Source of the DNA: Cyanobacteria bacterium auto_48_18
GTDB taxonomy: Bacteria; Cyanobacteriota; Vampirovibrionia; Obscuribacterales; Obscuribacteraceae
Assembly (NCBI GenBank): GCA_036170915.1
Contig: JAVHQC010000024.1
Location: 1 to 56,777, forward strand
Reading direction: 5' to 3'
Length of the DNA stretch: 56,777 bases
Below, one piece after another: positions 1 through 8,726 of the stretch (position 1 is the first letter of the stretch; every line of letters begins with the position of its first letter). Below the pieces are notes generated by a model that saw only the letters and a program-made list of their open reading frames with translations, had not been told where the DNA came from and did not search any database. The position numbers and the translations under genes are program-made.

Positions 1-134
1 GAACAGTCTTGCTCAACCGCAAATTGCAGTCAAGAACTCAAGATACAAGGTTGTAAATCAATACAACCTATCAGTTGTATTTTTTGTTAGGCTGTGGGAA
101 GTTAACTGCCCAGCTAGAATCTTATCAAATGAGA

Positions 135-1637
135 TTATGTCAAGATGCCTGTGGCACCAGTCGCAGTATCACGTACATTGACGCAATTGTCGCACTGACC
201 ACACGGGTCGGCCACATCTTCTTCAAAATAGCGTTTGAGGAATTGACTGCGGCATTCCATAGTCTGGCCGTAATGCATAATCTGGCTCAAGCGTTCGCGA
301 TCTGAATGATGGCGCTCTTCATACGCATTGAGAAATTCATCAAAGGCTTTTTCACTATCGAAGTCTTTATCTATGATGAACCGGCGCTTTTTCTTCACCA
401 CACCGGCGCCTTCAAGATAGGCTACAACCACTTTGACTTTGTTAGCCGCAAGACCGGTAGCCTCAGTCAAAGTCGCCAGAGTATGACCGTCAGGTGTATG
501 TAGAAGTGCTTCGTAGATGATGCGCGATTGCTCGCGAGTAGGATATTTTCCACCCAGAAAATAACTCTGCACTCGGCGATCTTCTAGTTGATAGAGCAGT
601 ACAGCTTTAGCCGGTTGACCATCTCGCCCTGCCCGTCCTGCTTCTTGCAAATAACTTTCCACCGAATCAGGAAATTGGTAGTGAATCACATAACGCACAT
701 CAGGTTTATTGATACCGAGACCAAAAGCTTTGGTCGCCACCACTACTTTTATTTCGTCATTCATGAAAGCGTGTTGGGTCTCTTCACGCTCGCGCACCGG
801 CAACTTGCCATGATAAATTCCAGCTCTGATATCTTGCGCAATGAGCCATTGATGCAGTTCTATGGCAATTTTTACTGTAGAGGTATAAATGATTCCAGTA
901 CCTTCTAAACTGTTGAGCAAACTGCTTATTTGCTCTTGCTTGGCCGCTTCGCTCAAAGTGTTTATCACTTGAAAGACCAGGTTTTTGCGCTCAATGCCAA
1001 ATTGCACAATTTCTGCATCACTGATAGCCAGTTGAGTCAAAATATCCGCCACCACTTCGCTAGTTGCCGTTGCTGTGAGAGCCATTACTGGCGGTTTGCC
1101 TAATTTTTCTCGAGCGGTACGAATAGATAAATATGCAGGGCGAAAATCATGCCCCCACTGGGTAACGCAATGCGCTTCATCAATTACCAGCAGTGATACG
1201 CCTTGCTCCATCAAAACTTCCAGATAGTCTTCGTTTTCTAACCGTTCGGGAGTGACATAAATGAGCTTATGGTCGCCGTCTAAAATTGCATCACGCACTG
1301 ATGCTTCTTCACTGTCGGTCAAAGTCGAATTGACACTGGCAGCGTCAATTCCCACTTCAGCCAGCTTCTCTTGCTGATCTTGCATCAGAGCAATGAGCGG
1401 TGAAACAACGACGGTGTTTTGCGGCAGCATCAAGGCGGGCAATTGAAAACAGAGCGATTTACCTGCACCGGTGGGTAATATTCCCAGCGAGTTTTTGCCT
1501 GTCAGGGCACATTCAATAAGTTCTTTTTGACCTGGTCGAAATTTTGACAGACCGAATTTTCTTCTGGCAATACTGGTTACCGCTGGCCATTCAACTTGTT
1601 TATCTTCTTCCTGTTTGCTCTTGCTCTTTTTAGCCAT
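135..1637 (-). CDS. recQ: RecQ family ATP-dependent DNA helicase (short form, no obvious HRDC domain)
   Basis: Motifs LPTGAGKSLCFQ, DEAHC-x-x-QWGHDFRP, ALTATA, QEAGRAGRDG, C-terminal Zn-binding CR...CGQCDNC. Confidence 0.93.
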   Translation of the reverse strand: MAKKSKSKQEEDKQVEWPAVTSIARRKFGLSKFRPGQKELIECALTGKNSLGILPTGAGKSLCFQLPALMLPQNTVVVSPLIALMQDQQEKLAEVGIDAASVNSTLTDSEEASVRDAILDGDHKLIYVTPERLENEDYLEVLMEQGVSLLVIDEAHCVTQWGHDFRPAYLSIRTAREKLGKPPVMALTATATSEVVADILTQLAISDAEIVQFGIERKNLVFQVINTLSEAAKQEQISSLLNSLEGTGIIYTSTVKIAIELHQWLIAQDIRAGIYHGKLPVREREETQHAFMNDEIKVVVATKAFGLGINKPDVRYVIHYQFPDSVESYLQEAGRAGRDGQPAKAVLLYQLEDRRVQSYFLGGKYPTREQSRIIYEALLHTPDGHTLATLTEATGLAANKVKVVVAYLEGAGVVKKKRRFIIDKDFDSEKAFDEFLNAYEERHHSDRERLSQIMHYGQTMECRSQFLKRYFEEDVADPCGQCDNCVNVRDTATGATGILT

Positions 1638-1792
1638 GGTTTCCTTGATCAGTTCTGTCTCCGCTGCGAGAGACTGACTGAGGTCGGGAAAGTTTCAAAT
1701 TTAAATGTCTTTTTTAGTAACTGTTCAGTCACAGAACTTTCGTATCGTCATGAATGTGGAGCCATTTACTACATTTCTTGGGGAATATTGTC

Positions 1793-2074
1793 ATGAGTGT
1801 GAATTTGTCAGGTGAGACTGCTAGAGATTTCGCTAGTGAATTTGATCAGGTACAAAGTGGTGAAGAGCTTGATGCCGCTTTCAGTCTTCTTGCTGATAGC
1901 CTGAACGGCCAAAGTTTTAAAGAAACACTTGCCTTTTTGCGGCAGATAGATAACAAAGAACGAAACGGTGCAGGGGCTGATATCTCAGTTTCTGTGGGTG
2001 AAGATGGCAGGCACTATCTGAAGGTGAGTTCACCTTTCCGCTCGACGGAGAAAATTGATGTATCCAATTTTTAG
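1793..2074 (+). CDS. Hypothetical acidic protein (~93 aa)
   Basis: ORF track 1754..2074; ATG at 1793 preceded by GGGGA is the more plausible start; fills the gap between recQ and tetR. Confidence 0.55.
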   Translation: MSVNLSGETARDFASEFDQVQSGEELDAAFSLLADSLNGQSFKETLAFLRQIDNKERNGAGADISVSVGEDGRHYLKVSSPFRSTEKIDVSNF

Positions 2075-2100
2075 TATGGCACCGTAGGCGATACCACTTA

Positions 2101-2727
2101 TTATTTGCGTAGATATTTCAAGAAATTTTTGCTGTGTTGTTCAACAAATTGATCGACTTTGGCTTCGCGAACTTTCGCACCGCCAAGTTGATGTTGGTGC
2201 ATTAGTAAGATAAGAAGTGGCGAGTAGAGAGCAATTGCAGCAAAACGCAAGTCTATATCAGGGGCGATTTCGCCTTTTAATTGATAATAAGAAAGCCACT
2301 TCTCTCCAGCTTGCAGCGTTGGCTCGAGAAAATAATTGAGGTAGGCAGGGCCCAAGGTGGTGTGTCCTAAGCCTTCCGTCATGCCGAACATATGCAGTTG
2401 TTCCAGGCCGAAATTGAGCATAGCGTCAGTGAGGTTGTCGAGCTTGCTGCGCACACAGTCAGCCAGTTCACCTTTAGGTTCTGCAGCGTCAGTTAAATGG
2501 CGCTGTGCTGATTGCCATGTGTATTCAAGAAAAGCCGTAATGATGCCGTCACGCCCTCCAAAATAATGATTGAGCGTTGGAATTGTCACCTCAATTCCTT
2601 CAGCAATCTGGCGCAAGCTGAGTTTCTCGGTAGGTTGTTTTAGCAATAGGCGTCCGGCTTTGCTAAGCAATTTTTGTCGCTTATCGTCATAGTCTTTGCT
2701 ACGGCTGCCTTTTGGTTTTCCGGCCAT
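2101..2727 (-). CDS. TetR/AcrR family transcriptional regulator
   Basis: N-terminal HTH SLRQIAEGIEVTIPTLNHYFGGRDGI; 208 aa; divergent from SOUL gene. Confidence 0.88.
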   Translation of the reverse strand: MAGKPKGSRSKDYDDKRQKLLSKAGRLLLKQPTEKLSLRQIAEGIEVTIPTLNHYFGGRDGIITAFLEYTWQSAQRHLTDAAEPKGELADCVRSKLDNLTDAMLNFGLEQLHMFGMTEGLGHTTLGPAYLNYFLEPTLQAGEKWLSYYQLKGEIAPDIDLRFAAIALYSPLLILLMHQHQLGGAKVREAKVDQFVEQHSKNFLKYLRK

Positions 2728-2733
2728 TAATCT

Positions 2734-2790
2734 ATTGTATCACGAGTGTGATACAATTCTTTCTATATTGTATTGCGCGTGTCATAGTAA
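2734..2790. promoter_or_regulatory. Putative TetR operators: perfect inverted repeat ATTGTATCAC-GAGT-GTGATACAAT (2734-2757) and degenerate copy (2767-2790)
   Basis: 10-bp perfect arms read directly; second site ATTGTATTGC-GCGT-GTCATAGTAA matches 17/24; both lie in the 91-bp divergent intergenic region. Confidence 0.7.
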
Positions 2791-2818
2791 ATAGAGAAAG
2801 TAAGCTGGAGAGCTTGAA

Positions 2819-3457
2819 ATGGATAAACTTCAAAAAATTACGGCCACTGTGGCCAACGCAGTGGAATCAACATTTGCTCAAACCAATGACGAGAAAAATA
2901 TCTACAAAAACAGTGAAACACCTAAGTACAAAGTAATTGAAAAAAGTGGCCATATCGAAATCAGAGAATATCTCCCTATGATTGTCGCCCAGGTTGCCGT
3001 GGACGGCGACCAAAGAAAGGCTGCAGACAAGGGCTTTTGGATTCTCGCAACTTATATTTTTGGCAAGAACGTGCCTAAAGAAAAGGTGGCGATGACGAGC
3101 CCGGTTATGCTTAAGCAGGGGCAGAAAATAGAGATGACTGCACCGGTTCGCCAGACCGAAAAAGATGGTAGTTGGCTCATACAATTTGTCATGCCGTCCA
3201 AATTCAGTCTTGAAATGCTCCCTGCGGCTCTTGATCAGCGCATTAGTTTTCATACGACTGAGCCCAGCCGACAGGCTGTGATTCGTTTTTCTGGATTTGC
3301 TAAGCAGCGAGCAATCGCTTTGCACACAGATTTGTTATTCGAGTTTTTGCGGGTGCATGATTTACAGGCCAAATCAGAGCCGTCTTTGTATTTTTACGAC
3401 TCGCCATTTACGCTACCTTGGGACAGAAGAAACGAGATCGCAATAGAGATTGGCTGA
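2819..3457 (+). CDS. SOUL family heme-binding protein
   Basis: ETPKYKVI, EIREY, GFxxLAxYIFGKN, MTAPV, FVMP, YDSPFTLPWDRRNEI: typical SOUL/HBP motifs. Confidence 0.92.
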   Translation: MDKLQKITATVANAVESTFAQTNDEKNIYKNSETPKYKVIEKSGHIEIREYLPMIVAQVAVDGDQRKAADKGFWILATYIFGKNVPKEKVAMTSPVMLKQGQKIEMTAPVRQTEKDGSWLIQFVMPSKFSLEMLPAALDQRISFHTTEPSRQAVIRFSGFAKQRAIALHTDLLFEFLRVHDLQAKSEPSLYFYDSPFTLPWDRRNEIAIEIG

Positions 3458-3473
3458 TGCAAATTTGAAAGTA

Positions 3474-5447
3474 TCAAACCGCTGTTTGTGCCAGTGCTTT
3501 AAGGCAGTGGGCAAGTTGATCGCTGTGACCCACAACATAGATGGAATCATCACCCAGTAAAGAAAAACCTGGCACCGGATGCGATACCACCTGTTCTTCG
3601 CGCTTGACTGCCAACACGGTTACTCCAACTTTGTTGCGTAAATCGAGCTCTTTAATTGTTTTACCTGCCAGTGAGTCTTTCACTTTGAACCAGGCACCGA
3701 CAAAATCTTCATTGGCAAATCCGATAATTTCTCCAATTGGTGGATGATAGTCATAGTCATCAGAGTCTTCCACTCTGCTGTGGCGAATAAAAGTAAGAGC
3801 GCGGGCAAGTTGCGATGGTGAAGCCCGTTGGCCGAGCAGCGCTTGTTTGGTGAGCTCAAGGCTGGCCTCAAATTCTGGTTGGACAATCTGGGCCGCTCCG
3901 GCTTCTTTAAATGCAATGCGATCAATCGGCCTGTGTGCCCTGACCAGTATTCGTAAAGCCGGATTGACTTCCAGTGCAGTTTTAATGATATTTACTGCAC
4001 CGAGAGGGTCTGGCAAAGTGACCACGAGAGTAGTGGCTTCGCTGATATTGCATTCACTTAAAACCAGTCTGCTGCCGGCGTCTCCGTAAATAAATGGTAT
4101 GTGCCGTTGTTTTAATTCTTCAATGGCGCCGCCATCAAGTTCGATAACGGCCACGGGCATTCCTGCTTCGCGTATAGCCAGGGCAACGTGGCGGCCAATG
4201 CGGCCAAAGCCGCAGACAATGATGTGACCTGTGAGAGGTAGATGGCGCGAACCGCCTTCAGACGAGTCGATTGCTTCAGGTTCTCTCACTTTACGAATGA
4301 CAGGCGCCAGCCAAGACACCAGGCTGGGCGAAGCAATCATTGAAATCACGGCCGCGGCAAAGAATAAATTATAGAGCGAGCCTGTAAGCAGGCCAGCCTT
4401 GTTAGCCACCGTAGCAAGTACAAACGAAAACTCCCCCACTTGCGCCAGGCATAGGCCTGACAGAGCCGCACTGGTGACACTACTTGTAGCAAACAAAGCG
4501 GCACTTCCGGCCAACATGGCTTTGCCGAAAATCAACAGAGCGACGAAAATAATCACTTCGTTCAAGTGCTGGTAAATGTACATAGGGCTTAATAACATGC
4601 CCACGGAGACAAAGAAGACCGTGGCAAATAAATCGCGCAGGGGAATCAAATCTGAAAGAGCCTGGTGAGCGTAGGGCGATTCACTTACCATAATGCCGGC
4701 CAGGAATGCTCCCAACGCAATGGACAGGCCCATTTCGTGACTGGCGATAGCTACGCCCAGGCAGAGACAAATCATAAATAGCAAAAATAGTTCGCGTGAA
4801 TTGGTTTGCGCAACTTTAGCCAAAAGAGGCGGCAATATTTTGGTAGACAGCAAGATTACTACTGCCACCAGCAGTAGTGCTTTGCCCAGCGCCATCAATA
4901 ATGTCGTACCTGTATCGCCGCCTGCGCCACTCAGGGCTGGAATTATAGACATGGCTGGAATCAAGCTCAAATCTTGAACGATGAGCAAAGGAATAAGAAT
5001 GCGACCATGCATCGAATCAGTCTCGCCCCGTTCAACCAGCATTTTCGTGGCTATTACTGTGCTTGATAAAGCGACGATGAAACCGAAGACCATACCTGCT
5101 TGCCACGAGGGTGCCAGCTTGAGATAAGTGACTCCCAGGCCAAAAACGAGAGTCGTGGAAATGATCTGAAATATCCCCGCAGTGACAACTCGCCTGGTGC
5201 GGAACATCAATTGTCTGAAGGATACTTCGAGACCTAGCGCAAAAAGCAAAAGGGCCACGCCAAGTTCAGCCAGTACTGAAATTTGGTCGGGGTTGGATAT
5301 TAACTTAACACCGTGAGGTCCGATAACCAGACCGGCCAACATATAGCCGGCCATAGCCGGCTGTTTAAGGCCCACAGCTAGAAACCCGAACAAAGCGGCT
5401 GCTAGCCAGACCAGCGAAAGGTCCAGGATCAGTTGGAATTCAGACAA
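3474..5447 (-). CDS. CPA2 family cation:proton antiporter (Kef/YbaL-like) with TrkA-N and TrkA-C domains
   Basis: Multi-TM N-terminus with LSST, LIVQD, LGAFLAG, FFVSVG, QVGEFSF; RCK motif IIVCGFGRIG; TTG start with GAGGAG SD. Confidence 0.92.
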   Translation of the reverse strand: MSEFQLILDLSLVWLAAALFGFLAVGLKQPAMAGYMLAGLVIGPHGVKLISNPDQISVLAELGVALLLFALGLEVSFRQLMFRTRRVVTAGIFQIISTTLVFGLGVTYLKLAPSWQAGMVFGFIVALSSTVIATKMLVERGETDSMHGRILIPLLIVQDLSLIPAMSIIPALSGAGGDTGTTLLMALGKALLLVAVVILLSTKILPPLLAKVAQTNSRELFLLFMICLCLGVAIASHEMGLSIALGAFLAGIMVSESPYAHQALSDLIPLRDLFATVFFVSVGMLLSPMYIYQHLNEVIIFVALLIFGKAMLAGSAALFATSSVTSAALSGLCLAQVGEFSFVLATVANKAGLLTGSLYNLFFAAAVISMIASPSLVSWLAPVIRKVREPEAIDSSEGGSRHLPLTGHIIVCGFGRIGRHVALAIREAGMPVAVIELDGGAIEELKQRHIPFIYGDAGSRLVLSECNISEATTLVVTLPDPLGAVNIIKTALEVNPALRILVRAHRPIDRIAFKEAGAAQIVQPEFEASLELTKQALLGQRASPSQLARALTFIRHSRVEDSDDYDYHPPIGEIIGFANEDFVGAWFKVKDSLAGKTIKELDLRNKVGVTVLAVKREEQVVSHPVPGFSLLGDDSIYVVGHSDQLAHCLKALAQTAV

Positions 5448-5528
5448 ACTTAAAAGCTCCTCAAAAGCGCAGCCACGCAGATCTTGACTGCGAAGTTAAC
5501 TGCATAGCAGGACTGGTTAAGCGCCTTT

Positions 5529-5864
5529 TTAAATCAACATCGCTTGATTTACTATCCAGAGTGGCCTGACGATTACGGCCTGATATATAAACTGCTGCCC
5601 GGCTTGTTTATGGGGGCAAGAGGCAATAAGTGTCGAGACACAGTTGGCGACGATTTCACCACTGGAGGCGAAATTATGGGGCCCCTTGTTCTTGCTTGCG
5701 AACAACTGCAGGCCGGGTGTGGCCATGTCTCTAATGGACGAATTGTGATTTTCTTGAATTTCAAGGGTGCAGCGATTGAGATCGGGAGCAGCAATGCATG
5801 GTAGAACCAGGGCTGCTAAAAGCCCAACGAACATGACCAGTATCATCAGCTTATCCAGCCGCAT
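5529..5864 (-). CDS. Small exported/membrane-anchored hypothetical protein upstream of the antiporter
   Basis: ATG at 5864 with GGAGA SD; hydrophobic N-terminus; C-terminus RPLWIVNQAMLI. Confidence 0.55.
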   Translation of the reverse strand: MRLDKLMILVMFVGLLAALVLPCIAAPDLNRCTLEIQENHNSSIRDMATPGLQLFASKNKGPHNFASSGEIVANCVSTLIASCPHKQAGQQFIYQAVIVRPLWIVNQAMLI

Positions 5865-5984
5865 GTTGTGATTCTCCGTCTTCTTGTAACACTGTACCCA
5901 CAAAAGGCACTATTTAATACACCCTCCTATTTTCCATTTGGAGTCAGTGAGGTGTGGGTTACCGACCTCAACGGGGAAACAATC

Positions 5985-6485
5985 GTGATTTCAGTTAAGA
6001 GCATCGCCGCCAAAATATGCCGCTCATCCCTTGCAATCATTGGCATTGCCTTGTTTAATTGCCCGGCCTTCTGCCGGGACGGTGCTTCTGATATATCAAT
6101 AACTCCGTCACCGACAGAGACTTATTTGGAATTTCACGAGAAGATGCTAGCTGCCAGCAGTGTCGATCAATTGAGCCCTATGTTTACCAAATCACGCGCC
6201 GACCAAATTAAAACCGATAAAGAGAAAATGCCCCCGGCGCAAATCAAAGCCATGTTCAATTTTATGCAGGAGTTAGCACCACGCAAGGTGCATGTGCTTG
6301 CAGAACAAACCGATGGAGATATTTGCATGCTGGCGGTGGAAGCCCCTGAGTATAAAGATCCGATCTTAGGCACTCAATCTAAAAGTGTGACTAAAGGCAC
6401 TATTAGATTGATTCGTGAGGATGGTCGATGGAAAATAGAGAAAGAACAGTGGAATACTAGTTCTGGCGCCGATAGTAGTAAGTAA
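5985..6485 (+). CDS. Exported hypothetical protein, possibly NTF2-like fold
   Basis: ORF 5868..6485; in-frame GTG at 5985 after GGGGAA; signal-peptide-like N-terminus; C-terminal LIREDGRWKI pattern. Confidence 0.6.
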   Translation: MISVKSIAAKICRSSLAIIGIALFNCPAFCRDGASDISITPSPTETYLEFHEKMLAASSVDQLSPMFTKSRADQIKTDKEKMPPAQIKAMFNFMQELAPRKVHVLAEQTDGDICMLAVEAPEYKDPILGTQSKSVTKGTIRLIREDGRWKIEKEQWNTSSGADSSK

Positions 6486-6539
6486 ATGATCACAAGATGT
6501 GTTGTGTGAGTGGAGTTCTGAAACCGCTTGCCAAATCAT

Positions 6540-6566
6540 AGAGAAATTTGCGCAAAATTTCTCTGC
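6540..6566. repeat. Dispersed palindrome copy A (intergenic): AGAGAAATTT-GCGCA-AAATTTCTCT(GC)
   Basis: 10-bp perfect inverted repeat; matches copies at 21467 and 29222. Confidence 0.7.
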
Positions 6567-6666
6567 GATTTTGAAGGGTGTTGTGGACACGCTACGGCTC
6601 GAAACTCTAAGCTTAGAGCAGGAAATTTTCTTGCTGTTAACGCCGCTTCGGATAGCGACCGAACGA

Positions 6667-6705
6667 AAGAAAAGGCTCCGATTTTGTCGGAACCTTTTCT
6701 TTTTC
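6667..6705. terminator. Intrinsic terminator downstream of thrS (likely bidirectional)
   Basis: AAAGAAAAGGCTCCGA...TCGGAACCTTTTCTTT hairpin flanked by A/T tracts, immediately after the thrS stop. Confidence 0.8.
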
Positions 6706-6706
6706 A

Positions 6707-8662
6707 CTAAATCGATTCTTTGGTCTCGATTTCTTTTTTCAACTTCGCAAGAAGCTCATCGACACTCATGGTGCCAATGTCGCCTTGTCTTCTGTGGCGC
6801 AAAGCAATCTGGTTGTTTTCCATTTCTTTGTCACCAATTACCACCATGTAAGGCACTTGATCAACTTGCGCTTCACGAATGCGATATTTAATGGTCTCTG
6901 ATCTTTCGTCCAATTTCACCCGCAAATCTGCGGCTTTTAACTGGTCGGCAATGGCGCGGGCAGCGTCATTGTGACGGTCAGATAGTGGCAGTACAGTCAC
7001 TTGTGTTGGTGCCAGCCAGAGCGGGAAAGCTCCGGCATAGTGTTCAATTAAACCACCGACAAAGCGTTCCATCGAACCAAGCACAGCGCGGTGCACCATG
7101 ATTGCTTTATGGCGATTGCCGTCCACTCCGATGTAGTTAACATCAAAGCGCTCGGGCAAGTTCAAGTCAACTTGTACAGTTGGCCCTTGCCATTCGCGGC
7201 CGATAGCGTCGAACAATTTGACGTCAATTTTTGGTGCATAAAATGCGCCGCCACCTTCGTCAACTTCATAGGGCATGCCGCGTTTCTTCATGGCCCCTTC
7301 GAGCGCGCGAGTGGCTCTTTCCCACTCTTCATCGCTACCCATAGCGTTCTCTGGTTTAGTAGCCAGGTATGCTTTGTAGGTATAACCAAAAGTGGTCATC
7401 AACGTTTCAATCAAATCGATGATGGCTGAGATTTCGTCTTCCAGTTGTTCTGGCGTGCAGAAAATGTGCGAGTCGTCTTGTGTAAATCCGCGCACTCTCA
7501 GCATGCCGTGCAGCACACCAGAGCGCTCGTATCTATAAACGGTACCGAGTTCGGCCATGCGCACTGGCAGATCACGATAGCTGTGCAATTTCGATTTGTA
7601 GATCATAATGTGACCAGGGCAATTCATTGGTTTTGCCCGGTAATTTTGACCGTCGATTTCCATGGGCGAATACATATTTTCAGCGTAGTTTTCTAAGTGG
7701 CCGCTGATTTTGTACAGATCTTCGCTGGCAATGTGTGGCGTATAAACAAAAACATAGCCGCGCTTTTTGTGTTCTCCGCGCCAGTAGTTTTCAATTTCGT
7801 CACGCACAGTAGCTAAATTTGGATGCCAGAAGATTAGCCCAGGGCCAACTTCTTCGTGGGTAGAGAAAAGATCCAGCTGCTTCGATAATTTGCGGTGGTC
7901 TCTTTTTTCTGCTTCTTCCAATCTATTTAGATAAGCGTCTTGATCTTCTTTCGACCACCAGGCGGTGGCATAAATGCGCTGCAGTTGCTCGCGTTTTTCG
8001 TCACCACGCCAGTAGGCGCCTGAAACTTTCAAAAGTTTGAAGGCTTTGATTTTTCCAGTAGATGGCAAATGCGGCCCGCGGCAAAAATCATTCCAGACCG
8101 TCTTGCCTTCTTTGTCTTGCATCAAGTACAAAGTCGGGTTATGGTCGCGGTGCTCATTTAATAGTTCGGCTTTGAATTTCTCACCCTGACTTTTGAAGTC
8201 GGCCAGTTGCTGTTCAACGTCAGGAATATCAAAGCGCACAAGCCTTTGATTTTCGCCCACGATTTTTTTCATTTCGGCTTCAATCTGGGTCAGATCTTCA
8301 GTGCTTAAAGTGTGACCAGGAATTTCGAAATCGTAATAGAAGCCGTCAGCGATAGTGGGGCCAATAGCGATTTTGGCGTCAGCAAAAATTCGCTGCACGG
8401 CCTGAGCCAGTACGTGAGCGGTAGAGTGACGCAAAAGCTCAATTGATTCTGGGCTATCTGGAGTGAGAATCTTGACGGTATCACCATCGGTCAATGGTGT
8501 GAAAAGGTCTTTCAACTCGTCGTTGATTAAGACTCCTACTGCCTTGCGGTATAAGCCTTCGCTAATATTTTTAGCCAGGTCTGCTCCGGTCTCACCCCCA
8601 TTGAGCGTGCGCTCAGCGCCGTCAGGGAGTTTGACTTTTATTTGTGTTTGCACTTGCGACAT
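6707..8662 (-). CDS. thrS: Threonine--tRNA ligase
   Basis: TGS domain, RHSTAHVLAQA, DFCRGPH, GAYWRGD, KPMNCPGH, RVRGFTQDD, HRAVLGSMERF. Confidence 0.98.
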   Translation of the reverse strand: MSQVQTQIKVKLPDGAERTLNGGETGADLAKNISEGLYRKAVGVLINDELKDLFTPLTDGDTVKILTPDSPESIELLRHSTAHVLAQAVQRIFADAKIAIGPTIADGFYYDFEIPGHTLSTEDLTQIEAEMKKIVGENQRLVRFDIPDVEQQLADFKSQGEKFKAELLNEHRDHNPTLYLMQDKEGKTVWNDFCRGPHLPSTGKIKAFKLLKVSGAYWRGDEKREQLQRIYATAWWSKEDQDAYLNRLEEAEKRDHRKLSKQLDLFSTHEEVGPGLIFWHPNLATVRDEIENYWRGEHKKRGYVFVYTPHIASEDLYKISGHLENYAENMYSPMEIDGQNYRAKPMNCPGHIMIYKSKLHSYRDLPVRMAELGTVYRYERSGVLHGMLRVRGFTQDDSHIFCTPEQLEDEISAIIDLIETLMTTFGYTYKAYLATKPENAMGSDEEWERATRALEGAMKKRGMPYEVDEGGGAFYAPKIDVKLFDAIGREWQGPTVQVDLNLPERFDVNYIGVDGNRHKAIMVHRAVLGSMERFVGGLIEHYAGAFPLWLAPTQVTVLPLSDRHNDAARAIADQLKAADLRVKLDERSETIKYRIREAQVDQVPYMVVIGDKEMENNQIALRHRRQGDIGTMSVDELLAKLKKEIETKESI

Positions 8663-8678
8663 AAATACATCCTTCTTT

Positions 8679-8703
8679 AATCGGCATCTACAAACTGCCG
8701 ATT
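8679..8703 (-). promoter_or_regulatory. Putative thrS translational operator (tRNA-Thr anticodon-arm mimic)
   Basis: mRNA AAUCGGCA-G-UUUGUAG-A-UGCCGAUU: 8-bp stem with UGU centred in a 7-nt loop, ending 16 nt before the thrS AUG, next to the AAGAAGGA SD. Confidence 0.6.
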
Positions 8704-8726
8704 GTTAATTAGTGTCCGTGCCCATT

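Noticed and set aside
48..86. Overlapping inverted repeats AGGTTGTA/TACAACCT and AATACAAC/GTTGTATT followed by a T-run
   Set aside because: Possibly a terminator of a gene outside the window, but AT-rich and lacking context
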